In this document: one piece after another, positions 7,992 to 17,104 of the stretch
Layout of the letters: each line of letters begins with the position of its first letter
Numbering within the stretch: position 1 is the first letter of the stretch
Assembly (NCBI GenBank): GCA_044236265.1
Contig: JBIIGV010000026.1
Coordinates: 1-28,966 of the forward strand
Source of the DNA: Oligoflexales bacterium
GTDB taxonomy: Bacteria > Bdellovibrionota_B > Oligoflexia > Oligoflexales > RGVZ01
Reading direction: 5' to 3'
DNA: 28,966 bases
Translations under genes and position numbers: made by a program
Notes under the pieces: generated by a model
The model's input: only the letters and a program-made list of their open reading frames with translations
Databases searched by the model: none
What the model was told of the DNA's origin: nothing

Positions 7992-8027
7992 TTGAAATCT
8001 ACCAGACATTCCATTACTTTGCGGGGC
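7992..8027 (+). promoter_or_regulatory. Sigma-70 promoter with GC-rich discriminator
   Basis: TTGAAA (7992-7997), 17 nt, TACTTT (8015-8020), then GCGGGGC. Confidence 0.6.
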
Positions 8028-8053
8028 TCTGAAATAAGAAAGGATCCTTTCCC

Positions 8054-8221
8054 ATGGCATCGAAAACACGCAAACTGACAAATATTCGTGAACGCAAAGC
8101 TGCCAAGTTTGGCGCAGATCGCAAAAACAAACTTCGTGCAAACGGCTCCACAGCTCCGAATTTGCCGCTCAACAAGCCAAACGCAAACGAAAAAGCGCAA
8201 GCCAAGGCTAAAACCAAGTAA
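8054..8221 (+). CDS. 55-aa basic small protein (hypothetical)
   Basis: ATG 8054 to TAA 8221: MASKTRKLTNIRERKAAKFGADRKNKLRANGSTAPNLPLNKPNANEKAQAKAKTK. GAAAGGA RBS and its own sigma-70 promoter. Missed by the track. Confidence 0.8.
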   Translation: MASKTRKLTNIRERKAAKFGADRKNKLRANGSTAPNLPLNKPNANEKAQAKAKTK

Positions 8222-8278
8222 GCTCTCTCAGATCGAGATGCTTGCCTTGCGTGGCGCTCGGTCGTTGTTGGATCTCTC

Positions 8279-9460
8279 ATGGAACAGCATGTCGATGATC
8301 TCCACGTCATTGCATCGTCCGATGCCCTTGCGGGTCGTCGTGTCGATGTGGTGGTCACTGGTTCCATAGCATCCGTTGAATCAGTTCGCTTTATTCGTGC
8401 GCTGCGCAGACTCGGCGCAGACGTAACACCATGGTTATCTCATGGTGGATCTGCCTTCATTACTCCAATGTCATTAACGTGGGCGGCTGGCAAGGAAGCT
8501 GTAACTGGCTTTTCTGGGAGTGCCTCCCATGTTGCAACCAGTGACGCCGTTGTTATCGCGCCAGCGTCTTCGAGTATCATTGCTAAAATCGCTCGCGGCA
8601 TGACTGATAGTCATTGCACCGCTTTAGTAGCATCCGCTCTTGGCCAATCAAAACCGGTTATCATTTTGCCGGCGATGCATGACAGCATGATGGCTGCTCC
8701 TGCCATGCAAGAGCACCTTGCAAAAATCGCATCCTGGAAAAATGTACACGTTCAGCAAGGACGACTCGAAGAGGGAAAACAGAAATTCCCGGAACCAAAA
8801 ATTCTCGCCGATCATGTCGCACACATCATGAACCGCGGCAAGAGAGCAAGTAATCCCGTGTTGATCACGATGGGAACAACCCGTGGTTACATCGATGACG
8901 TGCGCTACATCTCTAACTACTCGTCGGGTAGCCTCGGCACAGCGATCGCAGAGGAAATTTTCCGCCAAGGTTTCAAAACCCACGTTGTTGCTGGCCCTTG
9001 CGAGTACAAACCCGCATCCTATTCAAAGATCGAAAATATCCTAACCACCTCTGACATGCTGACTGCCTGTCAGACAGCAAACGCCGGGGGATTATCGGGC
9101 GCTGTCTTTTGTGCGTCAGTACTGGATTACGAGCCCAACCAGCGATCAGACGGCAAAATAAAATCTGGACAATCAGATTTCAGCGTTTCGTTCAAACCCA
9201 CACAAAAGATCATCGGCAGCATCGACTTAAAGGGCAAACCAAAAGTTGGTTTTAAACTGGAGGTTTCTGTAAACGACCAACAGATTAAATCGATTGCTGA
9301 TGATTATTGCAAAAAATACAGTCTAAGCTGTCTCATCATCAACAAGCTCAGCTCAGTGAGCGCGACAAACCATCACGCCTGGGCCGTTTCCGCAGACGGC
9401 TCCAAGAAGGAATTAGCGAGCAAATCAGAGATTGCTCGCTTCATCGCCAAACTCTTGTGA
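8279..9460 (+). CDS. coaBC: Bifunctional phosphopantothenoylcysteine decarboxylase/phosphopantothenate--cysteine ligase (archaeal-like signatures)
   Basis: CoaC part: VTGSIA, IAPAS...IAKIA.G..D, PAMH..M. CoaB part: LITMGTTR.YIDDVRYISNYSSG.LG, ASVLDY, KIKSG, VGFKLE, IIN. Confidence 0.92.
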   Translation: MEQHVDDLHVIASSDALAGRRVDVVVTGSIASVESVRFIRALRRLGADVTPWLSHGGSAFITPMSLTWAAGKEAVTGFSGSASHVATSDAVVIAPASSSIIAKIARGMTDSHCTALVASALGQSKPVIILPAMHDSMMAAPAMQEHLAKIASWKNVHVQQGRLEEGKQKFPEPKILADHVAHIMNRGKRASNPVLITMGTTRGYIDDVRYISNYSSGSLGTAIAEEIFRQGFKTHVVAGPCEYKPASYSKIENILTTSDMLTACQTANAGGLSGAVFCASVLDYEPNQRSDGKIKSGQSDFSVSFKPTQKIIGSIDLKGKPKVGFKLEVSVNDQQIKSIADDYCKKYSLSCLIINKLSSVSATNHHAWAVSADGSKKELASKSEIARFIAKLL

Positions 9461-9496
9461 AATCATTCACTAGAGCGATCAATTAAAAGTAGACCA

Positions 9497-9856
9497 TCAA
9501 ACTTTCGGGAAGTAGCGCCGAGCGTACGCAACAATCTGAGCGTCACTTGGATGATCCATATTCTCTGTGCCAATGATGCGACGGGCCAATTCACCACGGT
9601 GATGGCTATCGAGGTACGAGACAAAGTGATTTTTTGCCACACCGGGACCAACAAGTAACACCGCATCCGTTGTGTCAATCAATTCGTCGGCAACATCGGT
9701 AAAAAACTTTGGCGAGTCTTTTTGCTTGGTGTCCAGTTTGTTTTGCGTGTGATGATCGTGGTCGCGACGTAAAGCACGGGACGCCTTAACGTTCTCACCC
9801 TCGATGTGGAAAATTTTTGCATGCTTCGAATCCATCCAAACAACATAAGCAGACAT
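9497..9856 (-). CDS. Small eRF1/aeRF1-middle-domain-like protein ('translational machinery'/host-attachment-like)
   Basis: VVWMD..HAKIF, FF..VA..L, VLLVGPG.AK..F, IIGTE.MDHPSD.QIVA.AR.YF pattern. GAGGAG RBS. Confidence 0.75.
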   Translation of the reverse strand: MSAYVVWMDSKHAKIFHIEGENVKASRALRRDHDHHTQNKLDTKQKDSPKFFTDVADELIDTTDAVLLVGPGVAKNHFVSYLDSHHRGELARRIIGTENMDHPSDAQIVAYARRYFPKV

Positions 9857-9905
9857 AACAGTGGCTCCTCATAAAAAATTCAGTCATTCACCATACCGAT
9901 AACGG

Positions 9906-9921
9906 AGCAACGCACGTGCCA
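9906..9921 (-). promoter_or_regulatory. Sigma-54 (-24/-12) promoter
   Basis: Minus strand reads TGGCACGTGCGTTGCT, an exact match to TGGCACG-N4-TTGCW, 50 nt upstream of ATG 9856. An AT-rich tract (about 9925-9970) lies immediately upstream. Confidence 0.85.
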
Positions 9922-10111
9922 AGAAATTTTTTCCAATTATTACAGTTATTTATTAATATTTTTAGGTTTTACCAAACAAATCCCTGCGGCAAATCCCGCA
10001 AACGACGCGCGATCTAATCAAACAGCTACGATGCTATCGACATTTCAGCAAGTTAGCGTGCAACGTGCTATGATAGAGCTCGGATTTTGGAATCAAACGA
10101 GGAGAACTGTC

Positions 10112-11263
10112 ATGATGTTTCGCGTTTACGCCTTAATAACATCCCTGATGATTGGCGCTGGAGCAACCAGCGCAGCAGAAACCACACCGTTTCAGGAACA
10201 AGCTGCAACTCGAAGTATCATGGCGCAGATGTTTTCCAGCCTGACGAACGTTTTACCGTTAAGTCTGGATTCAAAACAATTTTCGGATCCAAAGAACAAA
10301 GATAAGATTCTGGCTGAACTACGCAAAATGCGCGACGGCTCTGATAGTCTAGTTGATCACACAAAAAAACTTGAAGGCAGCTACGGATTCATTGCCAAAT
10401 CCATGTCTCGCGACATCAAAGACATCTATAAATGGTATGACAAAGGTGCAACAGCCGAGTCTCGCTACCTACTTCATCAAGTCAGCGAAAACTGCATCAG
10501 CTGTCACATGAAGCTTCCAGATCCTGGACACGCTCCGCGCATGGATAACTTCTTCAAGAACGTTGCTATTAGCAATCTGTCGGCTCCGGAAAAAGCGCGG
10601 CTTCAAGTTGCTTTGCGTCAGTTCGATGAAGCCCTTGCGACTTGGGAAGACATGTTCAAAACCTGGCCCAAGCCAAGCGAACTATTCGCCATGGATGCTT
10701 TGCCTGAATACCTGAAAGTCGTCATTCGCGTTAAGGGGGATGCAAAACGCGCGTCAGCGACGCTTGATCAATTGTCAAAGCGCACGGATCTACCCAAGTT
10801 TATGTCGCGTGAAGTCAATGCCTGGAAGGCTGCATTGAAACGACTGGCTTCAGACGTCAGCAAAAAAGGCAATGAACTTGATCGCGCTGAAAAAATTATT
10901 CAACGCGCCAAGCGCACCATGGCATACCCGATGGATCGCACGGGTCTAGTCGACTACATCGTGGCAAGTGGCTTGCTGAATCAATATTTAACCCAGAAGA
11001 ACATAAAAGCAGACAGCACTGCCGAGGCTTATTACCTGCTAGGCGTTACCGAGTCGCTGATAGGACGTAGTACTTGGTTGACACAAACGGATTACTACTT
11101 TGAGGCAGCCGTACGATCAGCTCCAAAAAGCAAAGTTGCTACGAAGGCATTTGATTCTCTTGAGCAGCAAATCCTGATGGAGTATTCAGGCTCTGGAGGG
11201 ACGCACATCCCCGAGGATGTTCAAGCGAATCTCGAAGAGCTTCGCACGATGATCAAACGTTGA
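10112..11263 (+). CDS. Secreted monoheme c-type cytochrome domain fused to a helical TPR-like region
   Basis: GAGGAG RBS favours ATG 10112. Sec-type signal peptide, single CISCH heme motif (10493-10507), and a C-terminal AEAYYLLGV...YFEAAVRSAP helix pair. Confidence 0.75.
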   Translation: MMFRVYALITSLMIGAGATSAAETTPFQEQAATRSIMAQMFSSLTNVLPLSLDSKQFSDPKNKDKILAELRKMRDGSDSLVDHTKKLEGSYGFIAKSMSRDIKDIYKWYDKGATAESRYLLHQVSENCISCHMKLPDPGHAPRMDNFFKNVAISNLSAPEKARLQVALRQFDEALATWEDMFKTWPKPSELFAMDALPEYLKVVIRVKGDAKRASATLDQLSKRTDLPKFMSREVNAWKAALKRLASDVSKKGNELDRAEKIIQRAKRTMAYPMDRTGLVDYIVASGLLNQYLTQKNIKADSTAEAYYLLGVTESLIGRSTWLTQTDYYFEAAVRSAPKSKVATKAFDSLEQQILMEYSGSGGTHIPEDVQANLEELRTMIKR

Positions 11264-11303
11264 CGAGGGTTGGATATCAACCCAGTGTTTAGAAGGTGCG
11301 CTT

Positions 11304-12710
11304 ATGACATTTACGATGGATTTTTTAGGTGCGGCTGGCGGTGTGACCGGTAGCCGCACTTTGGTTAAATTCGACGGCTATTCTGTTCTCGTTGACTGCG
11401 GGTTATTTCAAGGACCTAAGGAAATACGACAAAAAAACTGGGAACAAATGCTCCCTCCTGCGACGAATGTCAATGCAGTCGTACTAACTCACGCACACCT
11501 GGACCACTCAGGTTATTTACCCAGATTTTTTCGCCAAGGCTGGCGAGGACCGATCTACTGCAGCGAAGGTACGGCCGCGTTACTGCCAGTCATGTTACGC
11601 GATGCTGCCTATCTCGAAGCCGAATTTGCACATTACGCCAATAAAACTGGCTATTCCAATCACAAGCCCGCTTTGCCCTTATTTACAGAAGACGATGTGG
11701 AGATGGTACTGCAACACATCGTTCCTCAAAAGCGCTCCGTATGGATTCAACTCGCCCCTGACGTCAGTGTGCGATTTGAGAGTGCTGGCCATATCATTGG
11801 CGCCAGCAGCCTCCAGTTTGCGCTGGTCCATAAAAATGGAAGTCGTATTCTGACATTTAGCGGAGACCTAGGCCACGATCGCAGTTTAACCATGCGACCG
11901 CCAGAGCCCATCACTGAAACGGATGCTCTTGTGCTTGAGTCAACCTACGGAGATCGACTGCATCCTCGCAACCACGTGGTTCGAGAGTTTTCCGCTATCG
12001 CAAAGCGGACTTTTGAAAGAAAAGGTGTCTTGGTGATACCCGCATTTGCGGTAGGTCGGGCTCAAGAGATCCTATATATCATCCGTAAATCAGAAGACGA
12101 TGGACTGATTCCCAAAGTTCCAGTGATTCTTGATAGCCCGATGTCCTCATTTGCAACAAAGGTTTTCTTTGACCACCCTGAAGATCATCATGAAGGATGC
12201 CCATTCTCCGTCAAGGAAGGTCAAGATTGTTACCTGCCTGCGGGGTTTCAAACGGTGACCACCAGTGATGAATCCATGTTAGCTTGTATGACTGAGGGAC
12301 CGATGGTCGTCATTTCCGCAGCCGGCATGCTAAACGGGGGACGCATTCTGCATCACTTGAAAGCCCGGCTTCCCCACCCAGAAAACACAATATTGTTTTG
12401 TGGCTTTCAGGCAGAGGGAACAAAGGGGCGCACACTGCAAGAGCGACCGAATGGACTTGATAAACTCCGCATTCACCACAAAGAGATTTCGATCGAGGCT
12501 GAGATTGCCACAATGGAGTCTTTATCTGCGCACGGTGACTGGCAAGATATCTGTGGCTGGGTCAAACGCATGACAAAGCCGCCCTCACAAGTGATCATCA
12601 ATCATGGTGATCCTCTGGCGATGGAAGCCATGGCTCAGCACGTGAAAGAGCTTTTGCCAAAAGCCACCGTTACCCCGATGTTAGCACCAGGTCGGATGAC
12701 GTTATTCTGA
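11304..12710 (+). CDS. MBL-fold metallo-hydrolase with beta-CASP/RNA-specificity domain (Ysh1/TTHA0252-like RNase)
   Basis: VDCGLFQG, LTHAHLDH, AGHIIG, FSGDLG, ESTYGDR, IPAFAVGRAQE, GM..GGRILHHL, GFQAEGT.G, LSAH.D, NHGD. Confidence 0.95.
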   Translation: MTFTMDFLGAAGGVTGSRTLVKFDGYSVLVDCGLFQGPKEIRQKNWEQMLPPATNVNAVVLTHAHLDHSGYLPRFFRQGWRGPIYCSEGTAALLPVMLRDAAYLEAEFAHYANKTGYSNHKPALPLFTEDDVEMVLQHIVPQKRSVWIQLAPDVSVRFESAGHIIGASSLQFALVHKNGSRILTFSGDLGHDRSLTMRPPEPITETDALVLESTYGDRLHPRNHVVREFSAIAKRTFERKGVLVIPAFAVGRAQEILYIIRKSEDDGLIPKVPVILDSPMSSFATKVFFDHPEDHHEGCPFSVKEGQDCYLPAGFQTVTTSDESMLACMTEGPMVVISAAGMLNGGRILHHLKARLPHPENTILFCGFQAEGTKGRTLQERPNGLDKLRIHHKEISIEAEIATMESLSAHGDWQDICGWVKRMTKPPSQVIINHGDPLAMEAMAQHVKELLPKATVTPMLAPGRMTLF

Positions 12711-12731
12711 AAATGTAATCGGACTGACAAA

Positions 12732-14195
12732 ATGATAAACGTTTACCTGCAACCAATTTCGCAAACTGTTAAATTGATCCAGTCAGGAGAGCTTAGCGCC
12801 CATAAACTAACGAGATTTATCATCGAGCGAGCGAAAGCCGTAAATCCTCGATTGAATGCCATTGTTTTTGATCGCTTTGACCAGGCGTTAAAAGAAGCCC
12901 AAGAGATCGATCGTCGAATTGCGAACGGCGAAGCCCATAAGTTACCACTTGCCGGCATACCGTTTTCCCTGAAAAGCAACATCGCCTTAGAGGGAATGCC
13001 CCTTGATATGGGCTCCTGGGCCTATCATGGGAAAAAGGCCCCCATGACCGCAACGATAGTGAAACGATTGATTGATGCCGGTGCCATTCCCATTGGCGTA
13101 ACCAATATTGCTGAAATGGCTATGTGGCACGAAACTGTCAATGATGTATATGGTCGAACGCTGAATCCATGGAGCCGCTGGCGCACATCTGGAGGATCTT
13201 CCGGGGGCGAAGGCGCCATCGTGGCGTCAGGGGGCGCTCTTTTTGGGATTGGTACTGATTTATCAGGATCCGTGCGCACTCCGGCCGCCTTCTGCGGGTT
13301 ATATGGCCACAAGCCAACTCGCGGGCTTATACCTTTGACCGGGCAATGGCCTTATTTCGACGCTAATTCACTATCCGAGATGCGCAATCTAGACTCTATC
13401 GGACCACTCGCTCGGAGCGCGGAGGACTTGCAGCTACTGATCGAAATCATGCGCGGCAACTGTGAGTTAGACCCTCAGTCACATGGTATGTTTGACAAAA
13501 GTTCTTACACACTTAATTGGAAAGATATCCGTATCGGAGTGATGTCTAACCCGGTCATATCTAAACTATCCAAGACGCAAACGCCGATTATCGAAGCTCT
13601 TCGAAAAGCGGAACGCATTTTCAGAGATCATGGCAGCACAATCAAAACTGCACCAGATGACCTGTTTGGCGACTCTTACGAAATTTGGCGACACATGATT
13701 CACCGGGCTACCAACGGTGGAATGCGAAAAATGTTTGGTGGTGGAAAACAACGGATTTCGATTTGGGAAATGGCCAAATTTCTAGTCGGCTATTCCGATC
13801 ATCGACTTGCTTCCAGTTTTTTCATGTTTACGGAGGAGTTTTTGATCAACAAGAAAACCCTTGCTAAGCTGGATCAAATGATCGAAAGCGCGAACACAAG
13901 GGTAAGCCGGTTTTTCGACACTCACGATCTGATTCTGATGCCAACATTCCCGTCTCCAGCACCGCTCCATGGGCGAACACTGCTGACACCCCATGACGCT
14001 GTCATTGCTTCGCCAGCGAATGTTTTTGGGCTGCCAGCATCCGCAGCACCCATGGGTTTATCCAAATCAGGACTTCCAATCGGCGTGCAGATTCTTGGCA
14101 AGCCAGGCTTTGATCTTATGACCATTGCAGCAGCTGCGCTTATAGGCCAATATGTTCCTCATCCTGACCTTCAAACGAATGATCATGGGACTTAA
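12732..14195 (+). CDS. Amidase-signature family protein (FAAH2-like)
   Basis: PLAGIPFSLK (catalytic Lys), GRTLNPW, GGSSGGEGA, GIGTDLSGSVRTPAAFCG, GLPIGVQ. Confidence 0.92.
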   Translation: MINVYLQPISQTVKLIQSGELSAHKLTRFIIERAKAVNPRLNAIVFDRFDQALKEAQEIDRRIANGEAHKLPLAGIPFSLKSNIALEGMPLDMGSWAYHGKKAPMTATIVKRLIDAGAIPIGVTNIAEMAMWHETVNDVYGRTLNPWSRWRTSGGSSGGEGAIVASGGALFGIGTDLSGSVRTPAAFCGLYGHKPTRGLIPLTGQWPYFDANSLSEMRNLDSIGPLARSAEDLQLLIEIMRGNCELDPQSHGMFDKSSYTLNWKDIRIGVMSNPVISKLSKTQTPIIEALRKAERIFRDHGSTIKTAPDDLFGDSYEIWRHMIHRATNGGMRKMFGGGKQRISIWEMAKFLVGYSDHRLASSFFMFTEEFLINKKTLAKLDQMIESANTRVSRFFDTHDLILMPTFPSPAPLHGRTLLTPHDAVIASPANVFGLPASAAPMGLSKSGLPIGVQILGKPGFDLMTIAAAALIGQYVPHPDLQTNDHGT

Positions 14196-14200
14196 TTGTC

Positions 14201-15316
14201 TTATTGGACTTTGGGAATAAGCAAGTCGGTTACAATGCCGTAGTGATCCGAAAGCGGACTTGGGAATGTGTCGAACTTGTATTTAACGGGAAACTCATCG
14301 TGCATCGCCGTACCGATCTGCGCGACCTTTATGTTTTTGCCTGCAAACATGACATAGTCATATCGGGCATTCGGCTCAGGATCATACATGCTTCCATTCG
14401 AGCTATCTCCGAAAAGGCCACGACTGAGTAACTTGTTATTCTGATTATCCCACGTTTCACATTTAAAGCGGCAATTCGCCTGCGAGATCGCAAACGGATC
14501 GGACAGCACTTCCGACAGCTTAGTATAGAATTCATTCTTTCTACCGTTGTCAAAGCCCTGACGCGACGCGTCCCAAACGTGAGGATCAAAATTCATGTCG
14601 GCTCCGAGAATCTTAATAGCGGCCGGAGAACTCTTCACCCACTGCGTCAGGTAATCGACCTGAGCCATGAGCGTCTTACTTTCCGACATGTCGTAATTTT
14701 TATTCTCACCATCCCACGGCAAAAAGCTCGTGTGCGCATTAAATACGTCCACGCGTCCGATATTGGGAATATGCAACGGCACCTTCAAGACACCTTTGAC
14801 AGCATAGTTATCGAATCCGATCGTCTCAGGCCACTCGCGGAATTCCACTGCGCCCATCGGACGAAATTCCTTTTTTGCAAAAATCATCAGCCCGTTGCCC
14901 AGAAAAAAAGGCGGCACAGCCGATCGACGTTCACTTTGGAAATATTGATAGCCGCGTTGAACCATCGCTGATTTCAAATTGTCTTGGGCAACTGGCGTCC
15001 AAAGCTCTTGCAAGATGATCAGGTCAGCTCCAGTTCGAGCTAATGCGTCGGGAAGAAAACGAAGGCGCTGCTCACTCGTCGCCAAAGAGGCACGATCTGC
15101 AGGCAAGTGATACGTATTATATGAAATAACTCGCAAGGGAGCCCTTGCAATCAAATCGTCTGTATTGGGAGATGATCCCCGCGACCGTTCGTCGGCCTTT
15201 TTTTCATGTTCGAAGACGGCACCAGCGTCACCGGAAATAATACCTTCACAAGATTGAAGGCCAGACGCCAGACCGAGGAAGAGAGCCAAAGACAAATAAG
15301 AATGCTTCCTAATCAT
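14201..15316 (-). CDS. Endonuclease/exonuclease/phosphatase (EEP) family lipoprotein, neutral-sphingomyelinase-like
   Basis: AAAGGAGG RBS favours ATG 15316. Lipobox LQSC; motifs SYN, LQELW, GNGLMIF, KG.L, NAH, GADMN, RYDYV, LSDHYG. Confidence 0.88.
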   Translation of the reverse strand: MIRKHSYLSLALFLGLASGLQSCEGIISGDAGAVFEHEKKADERSRGSSPNTDDLIARAPLRVISYNTYHLPADRASLATSEQRLRFLPDALARTGADLIILQELWTPVAQDNLKSAMVQRGYQYFQSERRSAVPPFFLGNGLMIFAKKEFRPMGAVEFREWPETIGFDNYAVKGVLKVPLHIPNIGRVDVFNAHTSFLPWDGENKNYDMSESKTLMAQVDYLTQWVKSSPAAIKILGADMNFDPHVWDASRQGFDNGRKNEFYTKLSEVLSDPFAISQANCRFKCETWDNQNNKLLSRGLFGDSSNGSMYDPEPNARYDYVMFAGKNIKVAQIGTAMHDEFPVKYKFDTFPSPLSDHYGIVTDLLIPKVQ

Positions 15317-15580
15317 TTCAACCCTCCTTTCACAGCAACAACGAAAACGTATCGCATCCAAAACAACAGAAAGTCTTAGGAACCCACAGATAGCCAAGGC
15401 CTGACGACCTATAGCTACTCCGCAAGCCACATCTTTTTATTAAAATATATTAAAATAGTCAATAATTTTATAAAATATTGTCATAATTTATTAAAATTAC
15501 TGTGTTTTTTAAATAAGATCTTTTTAGCGTATGGAACCTCTCGCTCGCCACTCCGCGCAAGCAATGGTTAACAGACTCAG

Positions 15581-17086
15581 TCAGGAGATCACGTGATCGC
15601 CGCTAGGAGCTTCCTCCACCAGACCATGTTTTTCTAGACGGTAGCGAAGTGTGTGGCGGGATATGCCAAGAAGAGCGGCCGCCTTCGTTTGATTGTTATG
15701 GGAGCGCTGCAGGGCTTGCGTCAGCAAACTGCGCTCCAAATCCTCCAAATTAAGTCCTGATTGCGGCAAGACAAAACCTCCAGATAGGCGGTGGGACTGA
15801 TTCTCGCCAGTCAAATAAGGCACCGGATTCACGACTCCACTTGGAGACAGGACAGATTCCACAAAGGACGTTGGCTCAAAGTGCTCTAACTCTACGTGCT
15901 CGGCGCTCAAAACTGTCGGCTGGTGAAACACCAGAGCGCGCTGTAACACATTACGCAACTCACGGACGTTACCCGGCCAAGGATGTTGGCGCAGAATCTT
16001 CAAGGCGGACTCAGCAACTTTGGGAGGAGAAAAGCCAAGCTCTTTTGCCAAGTCCTCGAGGAAAAATCGCACAAGTTGCGGAATGTCATCTAGGCGTTGA
16101 CGCAGCGGTGGCAAACGCACGGGCAAAGCACCAATACGGTAGTATAGATCACCACGGAATCGACCAGCCGCCACCTCCCTTAAAAGATCCCGATTGGTTG
16201 CAGCGATGATGCGCGCTCCAAATTCAATATCTTTTGTGCCACCCAACCGCTTAAAACGTCGCGACTCCAAGGCTCGCAAAAGTTTTGATTGCAGCTTCAT
16301 AGGCATTTCACCGATTTCATCCAAAAGGATGCTACCGTGCTTCGCCATTTCAAACAGACCAAGCTTGCGCTCTTTGGCATCGGTGAATGCCCCACGCTCG
16401 TAGCCAAAAAGTTCACTTTCTAAAAGATTTTCAGGAATGCTCGCACAGTTAATCTCCACAAAAGGTTGGCCAGCCCTTTCACCCCACTCATGAATAGCCC
16501 GCGCAGCGAGCTCTTTACCCGTTCCTGATTCCCCTAGAATCAACGACGTGTTGGCACGACTCTGAGCAATGCGTTTTAATTGCTCTCGCATCAGGTTTGT
16601 TTCAGCAGCTTCACCAACAATACGTACCGGATCTCGCGATCTTTCCTCACCCTCGAGTCGACTGACCTTCTGGCGAAGTTTACCAACTTCAGCAGCGCGT
16701 TTGACGGCTGCTATCAGATCTTTCGTATCAAATGGCTTTTGCAAATAATCAAAAGCGCCAAGACGTAAGGCCGTAATCGCTGAGTCGATCGCTCCATGAG
16801 CAGTGATCAAAATAATTGGCAATTCGGGATGATCCATGCGCCATTTTTTTAAAAGCTCCAAACCATTGCCGTCGGGCAAACGAATATCCGTGATCGCGAC
16901 GTCAGCTCCAAACGCGGGAAAACGCTCCAAAGACTGACGAACCGATGCAGCGCGCATCACCTCGGCACCCAAAGCACGCAGCTCGGTCTCAAGACTCCAA
17001 GCCAAGATATCCTCGTCATCAACTAGGAAAACTTTGATATCGGCCAGGATATTTGAACCAGCGGAATGACCTGTTACATGAGCCAT
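15581..17086 (-). CDS. Sigma-54-dependent response regulator (NtrC/AtoC/ZraR-like: REC, AAA+, Fis-type HTH)
   Basis: VDDE...ITDIRLPD (phospho-Asp intact)...ITAH...KPF; GESGTGKE; ESELFGYERGAFTDA; LLDEIGE; AATN; FRGDLYYR; WPGNVREL; NQTKAAALLGISRHTLRYRL. Confidence 0.95.
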   Translation of the reverse strand: MAHVTGHSAGSNILADIKVFLVDDEDILAWSLETELRALGAEVMRAASVRQSLERFPAFGADVAITDIRLPDGNGLELLKKWRMDHPELPIILITAHGAIDSAITALRLGAFDYLQKPFDTKDLIAAVKRAAEVGKLRQKVSRLEGEERSRDPVRIVGEAAETNLMREQLKRIAQSRANTSLILGESGTGKELAARAIHEWGERAGQPFVEINCASIPENLLESELFGYERGAFTDAKERKLGLFEMAKHGSILLDEIGEMPMKLQSKLLRALESRRFKRLGGTKDIEFGARIIAATNRDLLREVAAGRFRGDLYYRIGALPVRLPPLRQRLDDIPQLVRFFLEDLAKELGFSPPKVAESALKILRQHPWPGNVRELRNVLQRALVFHQPTVLSAEHVELEHFEPTSFVESVLSPSGVVNPVPYLTGENQSHRLSGGFVLPQSGLNLEDLERSLLTQALQRSHNNQTKAAALLGISRHTLRYRLEKHGLVEEAPSGDHVIS

Positions 17087-17104
17087 GTTGAAACCTCGTT
17101 CTCG

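Noticed and set aside
8088..8369. 93-aa plus ORF and the overlapping minus ORFs 7892-8200 and 8014-8367
   Set aside because: Alternative frames over the 8054-8221 small gene, which has the RBS and promoter, and partly over coaBC.
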